This document shows, one piece after another, positions 11,132 through 23,232 of a DNA stretch of 37,096 nucleotides. This DNA is from Octopus bimaculoides (taxonomy: Eukaryota). Below the pieces are notes generated by a model. The model did not search any database and was not told the DNA's origin. It saw nothing but the letters and a program-made list of their open reading frames with translations. Made by a program: the position numbers and the translations under genes. The first letter of the stretch is position 1. Each line of letters begins with the position of its first letter. The stretch is taken from positions 29,179,533 through 29,216,628 of the forward strand of contig NC_069005.1 of the NCBI RefSeq assembly GCF_001194135.2, written 5' to 3'.

Positions 11132-14100
11132 TACGTAGGTACGAACGTATGTACGTACGTAGGTATGAAGGAACGAACGAACGTACGATCGTACGTACAT
11201 ATGAACTAACGAATGAACGAACGTACGTACGTTCGTACTTATGTACGTACGAACGTACATACGAAGGAACGAACTTGCGAAAGCACGAAAGAACTAACGA
11301 ACAAACGAAGGTACGTTACTACGTACGTTCATACGTAAGAATGAAGGCACGAACGATCGTACGTACGTAGATAAGTACGTATGAACGAACGAACCTAAGT
11401 ACGTACGAATGAACAAATGATCGTATATAGGAACGAAAGAACTAACGAAGGAATGAACCAGCGAAAGAAATAACGAACGAACGAACCAACAAACGAATGA
11501 ACGAACGAACTTGCGTACGAAAGAACATACGGAATAACGAACAAACGTACGTTGGTAAGTATGAAAGAACGAGAGAACGGACGTACGTACGCATGTACGT
11601 TCGCAAGTACCTACGTACGAAAGAATGAACGAACCTACGTAAAAACGAACGTACGTAAGTACAAATGAACGATCGTACGTAAATACAAGCGAACTAACGA
11701 TCGAACAAACAAAACACAGAACGAATGAAGGAACGAACGAACGTAAATATGTACGTAGGTATAAACGAACGATCGAAGAAACGAATGTACGCACGAACGA
11801 ACGATAGTACGTACGTATGTATGAAGGAACGAAGAAACGAAATTAATAAACGAGCGAACGAACGTACGAACGATTGTACGCACGTACGTTCGTTCGTTTG
11901 CTCGTTCGTTCATTCGTTTCTACGTAATTACGTTCTTTCGTTCGTACTTACGTATGTTCGAAGGAACAAAACAACGAACGAAAGTACCTACGTACGTACG
12001 AACGAAGGAAAGAACAAAAGATTGAACCAACGAAGGTACGTACGAGCGAACGAACGAACGAATGATCGAACGAACGAACAAAAGAAAGTGCTTATGTACG
12101 TACGTACGTAAGTACGAACGAACGTAATTACGTACGTACGTACGTCCGTACGTTCGTTCGTATGTACGTACGTATGTACGATCGTTCGTACGTACGTACG
12201 TTCGTTCTTTCGTTCGTTTCTTCGATCGATCGGTCGTTAGTTCGTTCGTTCGTACCTACGTACGAAATTACGATCGTTCGTTCGTACTTATGTACGTACA
12301 TACATTCGTTCTTTCGTTCGTTCTTTCGTACGTACATTCGTTTCTTCGATCGTTCGTTCATTCGTTCTTTCGTCCGTACCTACGTACATACTTACGTTCG
12401 TTTCTTCATTCGTTCTGTCTTTTGTTTGTTCGATCGTTAGTTCGTTTATACATACTTACGAATGTACGTACGTTCGTTCATTCTTTCGTACGTAGGTACT
12501 TGCGAACGTACATGCGTGCGTACGTTCGTCCTCTCGTTCATTCGTACTTACCAACGTACGTTTGTTCGTTACTCCGTATGTTCGTTCGTTTGGGCATTCG
12601 TACGTACGTACGTACATTCGTTTGTTGGTTCGTTCAGTCTTTCGTACGTACGTTCGTTCGTTTGTTCGTTAGTTCTTTCGTTGGTTCATTCTTTCGTTCG
12701 TTCGTTCGTTCGTATGTACAATCATTTGTTCATTCGTACGTAAGTACATTCGTTTCTTCGATCGTTCGTTCATTCGTTCTTTCGTTCGTACCTACGTACA
12801 TACTTACGTTCGTTCGTTCCGTCATACGTTCTGTCTTTTGTTTGTTCGATCGTTAGTTCGTTTATACTTATGTACGAATGTACGTTCGTTTTTACGTACG
12901 TTCGTTCATTCTTTCGTACGTAGGTACTTGCGAACGTACATGCATACGAACATTCGTTCTCTCGTTCTTTCGTACGTACGTCCATTCGTTTGTTGGTTCG
13001 TTCGGTCGTTCGTACGTACGTTCGTTCGTTCGTATGTACGAGCATTCGTTCATTCGTACGTACGTACTTAGATTCGTATTTATGTACGTTCGTTCGTTCG
13101 TACGTACACAGGTACATTCTTTCGTTCGGTCGTTCGTTAGTTCTTTCGTTCGTTCGTGCTTTCGCTAGCTCGTTCCTTCGTATGTACGTTCGTTTGTACG
13201 TTCTTACGTACATACGTAAGTACAAACGTACGTAAGTACGAACGTACGTAAGTATGTACGTACGTAAGTACGTACGTAGTACGTACGTTCGTTCGTCAGT
13301 TCATATCTACNNNNNNNNNNNNNNNNNNNNNNNNNNNNNNNNNNNNNNNNNNNNNNNNNNNNNNNNNNNNNNNNNNNNNNNNNNNNNNNNNNNNNNNNNN
13401 NNNNNNNNNNTTTCTCCGTTTGTGCGTTCGTTCGATCAATCGTTCGTTCTTTCGTACGTATGTTCATTCACTCGTTTGTTCCTTGGTACGTACGGTTGTT
13501 CGTTCATTCGTACGTATGTACCTACGATTGTTCGTTAAATCGTTTGTTCTATCATTCGTTCCTTCTTTCGTTCATTCGTTCGTTCGTCAATTCTTTCGTT
13601 CGTTCATTCTTTCATTCGTTCATTCGTTCGTACGTACGTACATACGTTCTTTCATTCGTTCGTTCGTTAATTCATACGTACGTACGTTCGTTCGTTCTTT
13701 CATTCGTTCGTTCTTTCATTCGTTCGTTCGTTCCTTACTATGTACGTATGTGCGAAATTTCGTTCGTTCGTTCGTTCATTCATTAGTTCGTTCGTTCATT
13801 AGTTCCTTTGTTCATACGCACGTACTTATGTACGTACGTTCGTTCCTTCCTTTGTTTGTTCGTACGTACATACGTTCGCTCGTCCATCCGTTCGTTCGTT
13901 CGTTCGTACGTAATTACGTTCGTTCGTTCGTTCGTTTGTTCGTCCGTTCGATCGTTCGGTCGTTCGTTCGTTCGATCGTTCGTTCGTTCGATCGTACGTA
14001 CGCTTGTTCGTTAATTCTTTCGTTCAATCGTTCTTTCGTTCATCTGTAACTTCTTTCGTTCGATCGTTCGTTAGTTTTGGTCGTTCGTTCGTACGTATTT

Positions 14101-17100
14101 ACGTACGTATGTACGTTCGTTCGTTCTTTATTTCGATCTTTCGTTTGTTTGTTCTTTCTNNNNNNNNNNACGTACGTGCGAATTAACGAACGAACGATCG
14201 AACGAACAAACGAAAGAACTTACGTACGTATGTTCGAACGACGAACGAACGTAATTACGTACGTACGTACGTCCGTTCTTTCTTTCGTTCGATCGTTCGT
14301 TCACTCGTACGTACCTTCATTCGTTCAATCTTTCGTTCGTTCGTTTGTTTGTTCGTACGTAACTACGTACTTTCGTTCGTTCTTTTGTTCCTTCGTTCAT
14401 TCTTTCGTTCGTTAATTCTTCCGTTCGTTCATTCGCTCGTTCGTTCGTTCTGCGTTCTTACGTACATACGTATGTACGTTCGTGCGTACGTACGTACGTT
14501 CGTTGTTTCGTTCGTTCCTTCGGTCCTTCGTTCGTTCGGACGTACGTACTTTCGTTCATTCGTTCGTTCCTTCGATCGTTCAGTCGTTCGTTCGTTCATT
14601 CGTACATACAGACGTACGTACGTTCGTTCATCCGTTCGTTCGTTCGTACGTTTGCTCGCAAATTCTTTCGTTCGATCGTTCTTTCGTTCGCCTGTTCGTT
14701 CGAACGTAAGTTCTTTCGTTCGTTCGTTCGTACGTGTTTATGTACGTATGTACGTTTGTTCTGTCTTTATTTCGATGTTTCGTTCGTTTGTTCTTTCTTT
14801 CGTTCGTACGCACGTACGTTCGTTCGTTCGTTTGTTCTTTCATTCGTTCGTACGCACGTACGTTCGTTCGTTCATTCGTTCGTACGTACATACATACTTT
14901 CGTTCGTTCAATCTTTCGTCGGTTCGTACGTATGTACCTAGATTTGTTCGCTACATCGTTTGTGCTACCGTTCGATCCTTCTTTCGTACTTTGATTCTTT
15001 CCTTCATTCGTTCGTACGTACGTTCTTTCATTCGTTCGTTCGCTCGCTCGTTCGTTCATTCGTACGTACGTACGTACGTAATTACGTTCGTTCGTACTTA
15101 CGTACGTTCGATGGAACAAAAGAACGAACGAAAGTACGTACGCACGTACGATCGAACGAACCAACGATCGAACGAACGAACAAAAGAAAGAACTTACGTA
15201 CGAACGAACGAACGTAATTACGTACGTTATTTCTTTCGTTCGTTCGTTCGTTCGTTCGTTCATTCGCTCGTACGTACCTTCGTTCGTTCAATCTTTCGTT
15301 CGTTCGTTTGTTTGTTCGTTCGTTTGTTTGTTCGTACGTACCTACGTACTTTCGTTTGTTCTTTTGTTCCTTCGTTCCACCGTTCGTTTCTCCGTTTGTG
15401 CGTTCGTTCGATCAATCGTTCGTTCTTTCGTACGTCAATTCTTTCGTTCGTTAATTCTTTCATTCGTTCATACGTACGTACATACGTTCTTTCATTCGTT
15501 CGTTCGTTAATTCATACGTTCGTTAAATCTTTTGTTCTAGCATTCGCTCCTTCTTTCGTTAGTTCGTTAATTCTTTCGTTCGTTCGTATGGACGTATGTA
15601 TATGATTCCGTTCCCTCATACGTACGTTCGATCTTTCTATCGTTCGTTCTTTCGTACGTACATTCGTTTCTTCGATCGTTCGTACCTACTTACATACTTA
15701 CGTTCGTTCGTTCCTTCATTCGTTCAGTCTTTTGCTTTTTCGATCGTTAGATCGTTTGTACTTACGTACGAACGTACGTTCGTCGTTCGTTTTTACGTAC
15801 GTTCGTTCATTCTTTTGTACGTAGGTACTTCCGTTCGTACGTTCGTTCTCTCGTTCTTTCGTACTTACCAACGTACGTTCGTTCGTTATTCCGGATGTTC
15901 GTTCGTTCGTTCGTTCGTACGTACGTAAGTTCGTTCGTTCACTTGCTCGGTCGTTTGTTCGTTCTTTCGTTTGTTTGGTCATTCGTACGTACGTACGTAT
16001 ATTCGTTTGTTGGTTCGTTCGGTCGTTCGTTCGTTCGTTAGTTCTTTCGTTGGTTCATTCTTTCATTAGTTCGTTCGTTCGTATGTACGATCATTTGTTC
16101 ATTCGTACGTACGTACTTAGGTTCGTATTTACGTACGTACGTTCGTTCGATCTATCGCTCANNNNNNNNNNNNNNNNNNNNNNNNNNNNNNNNNNNNNNN
16201 NNNNNNNNNNNNNNNNNNNNNNNNNNNNNNNNNNNNNNNNNNNNNNNNNNNNNNNNNNNNNNNNNNNNNNNNNNNNNNNNNNNNATTAGTTCGTTCGTTC
16301 GTATGTACGATCATTTGTTCATTCGTACGTACGTACTTAGGTTCGTATTTACGTACGTACGTTCGTTCGATCTATCGCTCATTCGTTCATACGTACTTAT
16401 CTACGTACGTCCGTTCTTTCGTTCGTTCGTATATACGTACGATCGTTCGTTCTTACGTACGTACGTACTTTCGTTCGTTCGTACGTACTTACTTTCGTTC
16501 ATTCCTTCATTCTTACGTATGAACGTACGTACAAACGTACCTTCGTTTGTTCGTTGTTTCATTTGTTCGTTCGTTCACACGTACGTTCTTTCGTTCGGTC
16601 GTTCGTTAGTTCGTTCGTGCTTTCGATATTTCGTTCCTTCGTATGTACGTTCGTTTGTACGTTCTTACGTACATACGTACGTACGTTTGCTTGTTAAATC
16701 TTTCGTTCGATCGTTCTTTCGTTCGTCTGTTCGTTCGAACGTAAGTTCTTTCGTTCGTACGTACATACGTACTTTCGTTCGTTCGTACGTATGTACCTAC
16801 ATTTGTTCGTTAAATCATTTGTGCTATCGTTCGATCCTTCTTTCGTTCTTTGATTCTTTCGTTCATTCGTTCGCACGTACGTACGTTCTTTCATTCGTTC
16901 GTTCGCTCGTTCGTTCGTACGTACGTAATTACGTACGTACGAACGAAGGTACGTACGAGCGAACGAACGAACAAAAGAAAGAACTTACGTACGTAAGTAC
17001 GAACGAACGAACGTAATTATGTACGTACGTTTTCATTCATTCATTCGTTCGTTCGTTGATTCATACGTACGTACGTTCGTTCGTTCGTTCATTCCTTCGT

Positions 17101-20100
17101 TCGTTCGTAAGTACGTACGTATGTTTGATCGTACGTACGCACGTTCGCTCGTCCATCCGTTCGTTCGTACGTACGTAATTACGTTCGTTTGTTCGATCGT
17201 TCGTCCGTACGTACGTTCGTTCATTCGTTCGTTCCTTCGATCGTTCGTTTGTTCGTTCATACGTACATACGTACGTAGTACTTTCGTTCGATCGTCCGTA
17301 CGTGTGTTCGTTAATTCTTTCGTTCGATCGTTCTTCCGTTCGAACATAAGTTCTTTCCTTCGTTCTTGCTTTCGTTAATTCGTTCCTTCGTATGTACGTT
17401 CGTTCCGTTGATCGTTCATTCGTACATATGTACGCACGTACGTTCGTTCGTACGTATTTACGTTCGTTCATTCGTTCGTTTGTTCCTTGGTACGTACGGT
17501 TGTTCATTCGTTCGTACGTATGTACCTGCGATTGTTCGTTAAATCGTTTGTTCTAGCATTCGCTCCTTCTTTCGTTCGTTCCTTAATTCTTTCGTTCGTT
17601 CGTTCGTACGTACGTTCTTTCATTCGCTCGTTCGTTGATTCATACGTACGTACGTTCGTTCATTCGTTACTACGTACGTATATGCGAAATTTCGTTCGTT
17701 AGTTCGTTCGTTCGTACGCACGTACTTATGTACCTACGTTCGTTCGTTCCTTTGTTCGTACATAGTACGTTCGCTCGTCCATCCGTTCGTTCGTTCATAC
17801 GTAATTAGGTTCTTTCGTTCGATCATTCGTGCGTACGTTCGTTCATTCCTTCGATCGTTCGTTGATACGTACGTACGTACGCACGTTCGTGCCTACGTAT
17901 GTATGAAGGAACGACCAAACGATCGCAGGAACGAACGAAAGGACGAACGTACGTACGTACGTAAGAACGAACGATCGTACGTACATACGAACGAACGAAC
18001 GGACGTACGTAGATAAGTACGTATGAACGAACGAGCGATAGAACGAACGAAAGTACGTACGTAGATAACGAACCTAAGTACGTACGTACGAATGAACAAA
18101 TGATCGTACATACGAACGAACGAACTAAATAAAGAATGAACCAACGAAAGAACTAACGAACGAACGAACGAACTAACGAATGTACGTACGTACGTACGTA
18201 CGAATGACCGAACGAACCAACAAACGAACGTACGTACGAACAAACGACCGAGCAAATGAACGAACGAACTTACGTACGTAAATACGTACGAACGATCGAA
18301 CGAACGAACGAACGAACGAACGAACATACGGAATAACGAACGAACGAACGTACGTTGGTAAGTACGAAAGAACGAGAGAACGAACGTACGTACGGATGTA
18401 CGTTCGCAAGTACCTACGTACGAAAGAATGAACGAACGTACGTAAAAACGAACGACGAACGAACGTAAGTTCGTACGTAAATACAAACGAACTAACGATC
18501 GAACAAACAAAAGACAGAACGAATGAACGTAAGTATGTACGAACGAAAGATGGAAGAAACGAATGTACGTACGAAAGGAACGAACGATCGAATGTACGTA
18601 TCAGGGAACGGAATCATATACATACGTCCGTACGTACGTATGAAGGAATGAATGAACGAAGAAATGAAATGAATGAACGAGCGAACGTGCGAACGTACAA
18701 ACGAAGGAACGTACGAAGGAACTAACGATTGAACGTACATACGCACGTACGTACGTACGAACGAATGTAAGAACGTACGTACGTAATTACGTATGTACGA
18801 ACGAACGAACGAACGAATGAACGTACGTACGTAAGTACGTCCGAACGAACGTATGTACGTACGTAAGTACGAGCGAACGATCGTAATTACGTAGGTAGGT
18901 ACGATTGAACGAACGTACGTACGTGCGGATGAACGAACGATCGAAGGAACGAACGAAAGAACGAACGTACGTACGAACGATCGTACGTACGTACATACGA
19001 ACGAACGTACGGACGTACTTACGTATGTACGTACCTACTTACGTATGTACGTACGAACGTACATACGAAGGAACGAACTAACGAAAGAACGAAGGAAAGA
19101 ACTAACGAACGACCGAACGAAAGAACGAAGGAAAGAACTAACGAACGACCGAACGAAAGAACGTACGTGTGTACGTACGAAGAAACAAACGTACGTACGT
19201 ACGATCGAGCGAACGAAGGAACGTGCGTACATACATCCGTACGTACGAACGAACAAAAGAACGAACGTACGTATATTAGAATGAACAAACGAACGAACGT
19301 ACGCACTTGCGACGAAAGAAAGATCGAACGAAAAAAACAAACGAACGTACGTACGAACGAACGAACGTACGTACATACATCCGTATGGACGAACAAACGA
19401 ACGTACGTACGTACGCACGAACGATCGTACGTACGAACGTACATATGAACTAACGAACTAGCGAAAGCACGAACGAACGAAAGAACTAACGAACGAATAG
19501 ACGTACGTGTGTACGTATGAACAAACGAAGGTACGTTTGTACGTACGTTCATATGTAAGAATGAAGGGTTGAACGAACGTAAGTAAGTACGTACGAACGA
19601 ACGAACATACGTACGCACGAACGTGCGTACGGATGTACAAACGAACGACCAAACAATCGAAGGAACGCACGAAAGAACGAACGTACGTAAGAACGAACGA
19701 TCGTACGTACATACGAACGAACGAACGAGCGATAGAACGAACGAACTTCCGTACGTACGAATGAACAAATGATCGTACATACGAACGAACGAACGAACGA
19801 AAGACTGAACCAACGAAAGAATTAACGAACGAACGAACGAAAGACTGAACCAACGAAAGAATTAACGATCGAACAAAGGACAGAACGAATGAAAGAACGA
19901 ACGAACGTAAGTATGTACGTAGGTACGAACGAATGAACGAAAGATCGAAGAAACGAATGTACGTACGAAAGAACGAACGATCGAACGAAAGTACGTACGT
20001 ACGTATGAAGGAACGAAGAAACGAAATGAATGAACGAGCGAACGAACGTACGTACGTATGTACGAAGGAACTAACGATTGAACGTACATACGCACGTACG

Positions 20101-20262
20101 TTCGCTCGTCCATCCGTTCGTTTGTTCGATCGTTCGTTTGTTCGTACGTACGTACGTTTGTTCATACGTACGTACGTACTTTCGTTCGATCATTCGTGTG
20201 TTCGTTAATTCTTTCGTTCGAACGTAATTTCTTTCCTTCGTTCTTGCTTTCGTTAGTTCGTA
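11132..20262. repeat. Complex CpG-rich tetranucleotide satellite (AACG/TTCG/TACG)n with higher-order repeats and inversions
   Basis: Directly visible across ~9.1 kb, with three small gaps inside. Confidence 0.97.
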
Positions 20263-20288
20263 TGCACTTGCTCCCTTAATATAATTAT

Positions 20289-20454
20289 ATATATTTGTAA
20301 ATTATTGTCAATTTAATGTATAATTTACCTATACATTTTTAAAGCACGCTGACTACCTGATAAAAATCATTAACGTGATTTTTATCCTTATATTCTATTT
20401 AAAAATTTACAAGTAATTTATACATTAAATTAATAATAATTTACAAATGTATAT
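20289..20454. repeat. Imperfect ~55-bp inverted repeat with a nested hairpin
   Basis: Arms ~20289-20343 and ~20398-20454. Inner gataaaaatca/tgatttttatc at 20359-20386. Confidence 0.8.
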
Positions 20455-20482
20455 AAAATATACATATATATACATATATATA

Positions 20483-20687
20483 TAGTAATCCCTTGACCAC
20501 CGCAGGTATTTTATTCCAAAACCTCCCACAGAAATAATTAAAATCTAAAAAAATATAAATGTCTATCGGCTGCAGAATCCCATGATCTTTGAGGATTCTG
20601 CAATATAAAATTACTTATATTAACCGGAAAATTCTCCAATGTACTGATTGCATGATGGGTGAACCACAATATGGTGAGGGATTACTG
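20483..20687. mobile_element. pogo/Tigger-like MITE
   Basis: TA|tagtaatccctt ... gagggattactg|TA, with CAGTAATCCCT-type TIRs and a TA target duplication. Confidence 0.7.
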
Positions 20688-21190
20688 TATGTATATACAC
20701 ACACACACAGGTGCTAAATATTTTGTTCATTTATAGTGGGGTGCAAACTCTGGAAGATCAAAGCAGGTTGTGGAATAAAAGGTTGAGAAAAATCGTTCTA
20801 GTGTATTCTATTTAACATATCTGCAACAAATCGTCATTTAACATCTGTTGTCCATGCAAGAAGGCTGCACCAGACTCCAGTCTGATTTTGGCATGGTTTC
20901 TATGGCCGGATGCCCTTCCAAGAGTGTAATGGGTGCTTTGATGTGTCACCGGTAATAAATTAAATTTATTGTCCCTGCTAGTTTACACTATTTCTTCAAG
21001 ATTTTTAAGATTAATAAAAAAGTTATAGAGTATAAAGAGAGTAACAAGCCGTATTAATATCAGAAGGTGAAATATTCACCACCCAAAAGATGGATGTTGT
21101 GTCAGAACCATACAAGAGTTTTCTCTCTTAGTAAATATTGCAGTATTTGTGTGTCCCACTGCAACATCCACTTTTAGGTGGTATCATACC

Positions 21191-21622
21191 TTAATCCTTT
21201 AGCATTTATTCTAACCCAAACATTCTGTTTTATGTTAAAACTAAGCAGATCTAATTTCTCACACCTACCCTACAATGCCACTCAAAAAATATACAAACAC
21301 ACCATTGAAATCTTGAAGCTACAAGATTTGAAATAAGGTGAATAACTAAGAATTACATTTGACAGTAATAGTGAATGTTGAAGTGGCCTCTCTCACTTAC
21401 CTTACAATGTCATTCTAAAATAAACAACCGCATCATTGAAATTGCAAAGCTACAAGATAATTCAAAACATTGTGAATAAATAAGCATCACATTCGACAGT
21501 AATCGGAAGGGTTTAACTGGCCGTGTCTGGCCTCTCACACCTACCCTACAATGTCGAAAGATAATTCAAAACAATGTGAAAAATAAGCTTTTGGCTGAAT
21601 AATCTGAACGCTGAAGGGATAA
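21191..21622. mobile_element. piggyBac-like TTAA MITE with internal ~130-bp triplication
   Basis: ttaa|tcctttagcattt ... gctgaaggg|ataa. Three diverged copies of the tctcacacctaccctacaatg block. Confidence 0.6.
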
Positions 21623-21642
21623 ATTAAATTACAGTCATTACT

Positions 21643-21648
21643 TTTATT
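21643..21648 (-). promoter_or_regulatory. Probable WDR76 polyadenylation signal AATAAA
   Basis: Plus-strand tttatt about 170 nt downstream of the WDR76 stop. Motif only. Confidence 0.35.
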
Positions 21649-21815
21649 ACTTAAGGAGAAATAAAAGTTTAAGAGAATGTTTCAGGTGAGTGTTGAAGAG
21701 AAAAGGAAAACAATGGTTGTGTTCTTTACTGATGAAAATCCCTTTTTGCTTATTTTATATATATATATATAGTGTGTGTATATGTATATNNNNNNNNNNT
21801 ATATATATTTTTTTT

Positions 21816-21965
21816 TTACTTAAAGACATGAAGTTTTCCACTGGCATTGGCACCAACAACAGCATTTATGGTCGGATGGAATTCATTCAGTGACTGGACA
21901 GAGTTGATCAGTTCTGGATGGTGAAGAACCATCATGCATTTACCTTCGTCGTTGATCAACTCAAT
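21816..21965 (-). CDS. WDR76: WDR76 last coding exon
   Basis: tttcag|ATT. Encodes IELINDEGKCMMVLHHPELINSVQSLNEFHPTINAVVGANASGKLHVFK*, ending like the WDR76 HPT..LAGGNSSGKIHVF terminus. Confidence 0.95.
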   Translation of the reverse strand: MELINDEGKCMMVLHHPELINSVQSLNEFHPTINAVVGANASGKLHVFK

Positions 21966-22004
21966 CTGAAATTGAAAGGAAAAAAACAAATATGCTGGGG
22001 TATC

Positions 22005-22170
22005 ATCATCATCATTTTTTTCCATGCTGGCATGGATTGGGCGGTTTTGACAGGGGCTGGCTAGGCAGAAGACTGCACCAGTCTTCACTGGTCATTTTGA
22101 CAGGGGTTTTATGGCTGGATACCCTTCCAAATACTGACCACCCCACAGAGTGGACTGAGGGCTTTTTATG
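22005..22170 (-). mobile_element. RTE-tail copy in the last WDR76 intron
   Basis: (CAT)n + ttttccatgctggcatgg...gctggataccc. Confidence 0.65.
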
Positions 22171-22429
22171 AGGCACCATCACAGCTGTTATTTTTTTTTT
22201 TCCAGAAGGTACAGGCGCAGGAGTGGCTGTGTGCTAAGTAGCTTGCTTACCAACCGCATGTATGTATATGTGTGTGTGTGTGTGTGTGTGCGTGCGTGCA
22301 TGTATACGTGTGTGTGTGTGTACCCTTGTCTCAACATCACACGATTTAAATAATACCTTGGTTTTAGGATTTCAATTCTGTCGTGGTGGGCAGGTCATCA
22401 AGTACAGTAATGCGCAACATCCACACACA

Positions 22430-22592
22430 CGACAGGCTTCTATCAGTTTCTGTCTGCCAGATCCACTTGCAAGGTTCTGATCAGACTAGGTCTATAATAA
22501 AAGACATTTGCCTAAGGTGCCACACAGTGGGACTGAACTAAAGATCACATGATTAGCAAGCAAGATTCTTCACCACACAACCATTCCTGTGC
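22430..22592 (-). mobile_element. tRNA-derived SINE
   Basis: ggcttctatcagtttctgtctgcc...aaggtgccacacagtgggactgaac...accacacaaccattcctgtgcct. Confidence 0.7.
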
Positions 22593-22727
22593 CTAAGCAT
22601 ATTTGCATCTAAAACAAGTGCAAGGTACACACACAATGGCAGTACAGGCTTTGCTATCAAACCAGAGCTCTCATGATTGTCACGAGAAGCTCTTTACTTT
22701 CAACTATACACACACACACACACACAA

Positions 22728-22930
22728 TCATTTAACATCTGTTGTCCATGCTGGCATGGGTTGGAGAGTTTGACTGGGCTGGCCTACTGGAAGGCTGCGC
22801 CGGGCTCTAGTCTGATTTGGCATGGTTTTCTACAGCCGGATGCCCTTCCTAACACCAACTACTCCAAGAGTGTAATGGGTGCTTTTATGTGCCACTGGCA
22901 CAGGTGCCATTTACGTGACACCAGTATCTG
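22728..22930 (-). mobile_element. RTE-tail copy
   Basis: atcatttaacatctgttgtccatgctggcatgggttgg...gatgcccttcctaacacc. Confidence 0.7.
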
Positions 22931-23045
22931 CCACGAGCCAAAGCAAGAGATACCATAGCATTTCAAATGATATTGTGTCCGTTGACATTGAGACTGTTGC
23001 TATGAATGAAGCAAATATGTTTAATAAAAGGAGACTAAATCTTAC

Positions 23046-23148
23046 CTGTCTTGGTCGATTCATACTGCCACTTATGAACAGGTCCTCTCTGCATGGGTGC
23101 CAAGTTGCACGGAATTTGGTAAGCCATCGACCAGTCTGGTTGTTGTGG
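23046..23148 (-). CDS. WDR76: WDR76 coding exon
   Basis: actgaaag|C ... CAG|gtaaga. Encodes HNNQTGRWLTKFRATWHPCREDLFISGSMNRPRQ, with the HN..TGRWLT.F signature of WDR76/Cmr1. Confidence 0.96.
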
Positions 23149-23159
23149 CTTTCAGTTTG

Positions 23160-23232
23160 AAAAAGACATTCAGAACAAAAAGGATATAAAAAAGACATTC
23201 AGAACAAAAGAGATATAAAAAAGACATTCAGA

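Noticed and set aside
8400-11370. Long ORFs made of X and IY/CV/HT repeats
   Set aside because: Artefacts of N-gaps and dinucleotide microsatellites.
16065-16381. Exact 97-bp direct repeat (16065-16161 and 16285-16381)
   Set aside because: The identical copies sit on either side of an N-gap, the typical mark of an unmerged contig overlap.
11027-20208. Dozens of long ORFs in the satellite (RSFV/ERTN/YVRT peptides)
   Set aside because: They arise from tetranucleotide repeats that rarely contain stops. No domain, codon or splice evidence.
1010-21745. Other CTGATGA strings as hammerhead cores (near 1020 -, 5128 -, 21730 +)
   Set aside because: None is followed by a stem II, GAAA and NUH arrangement.
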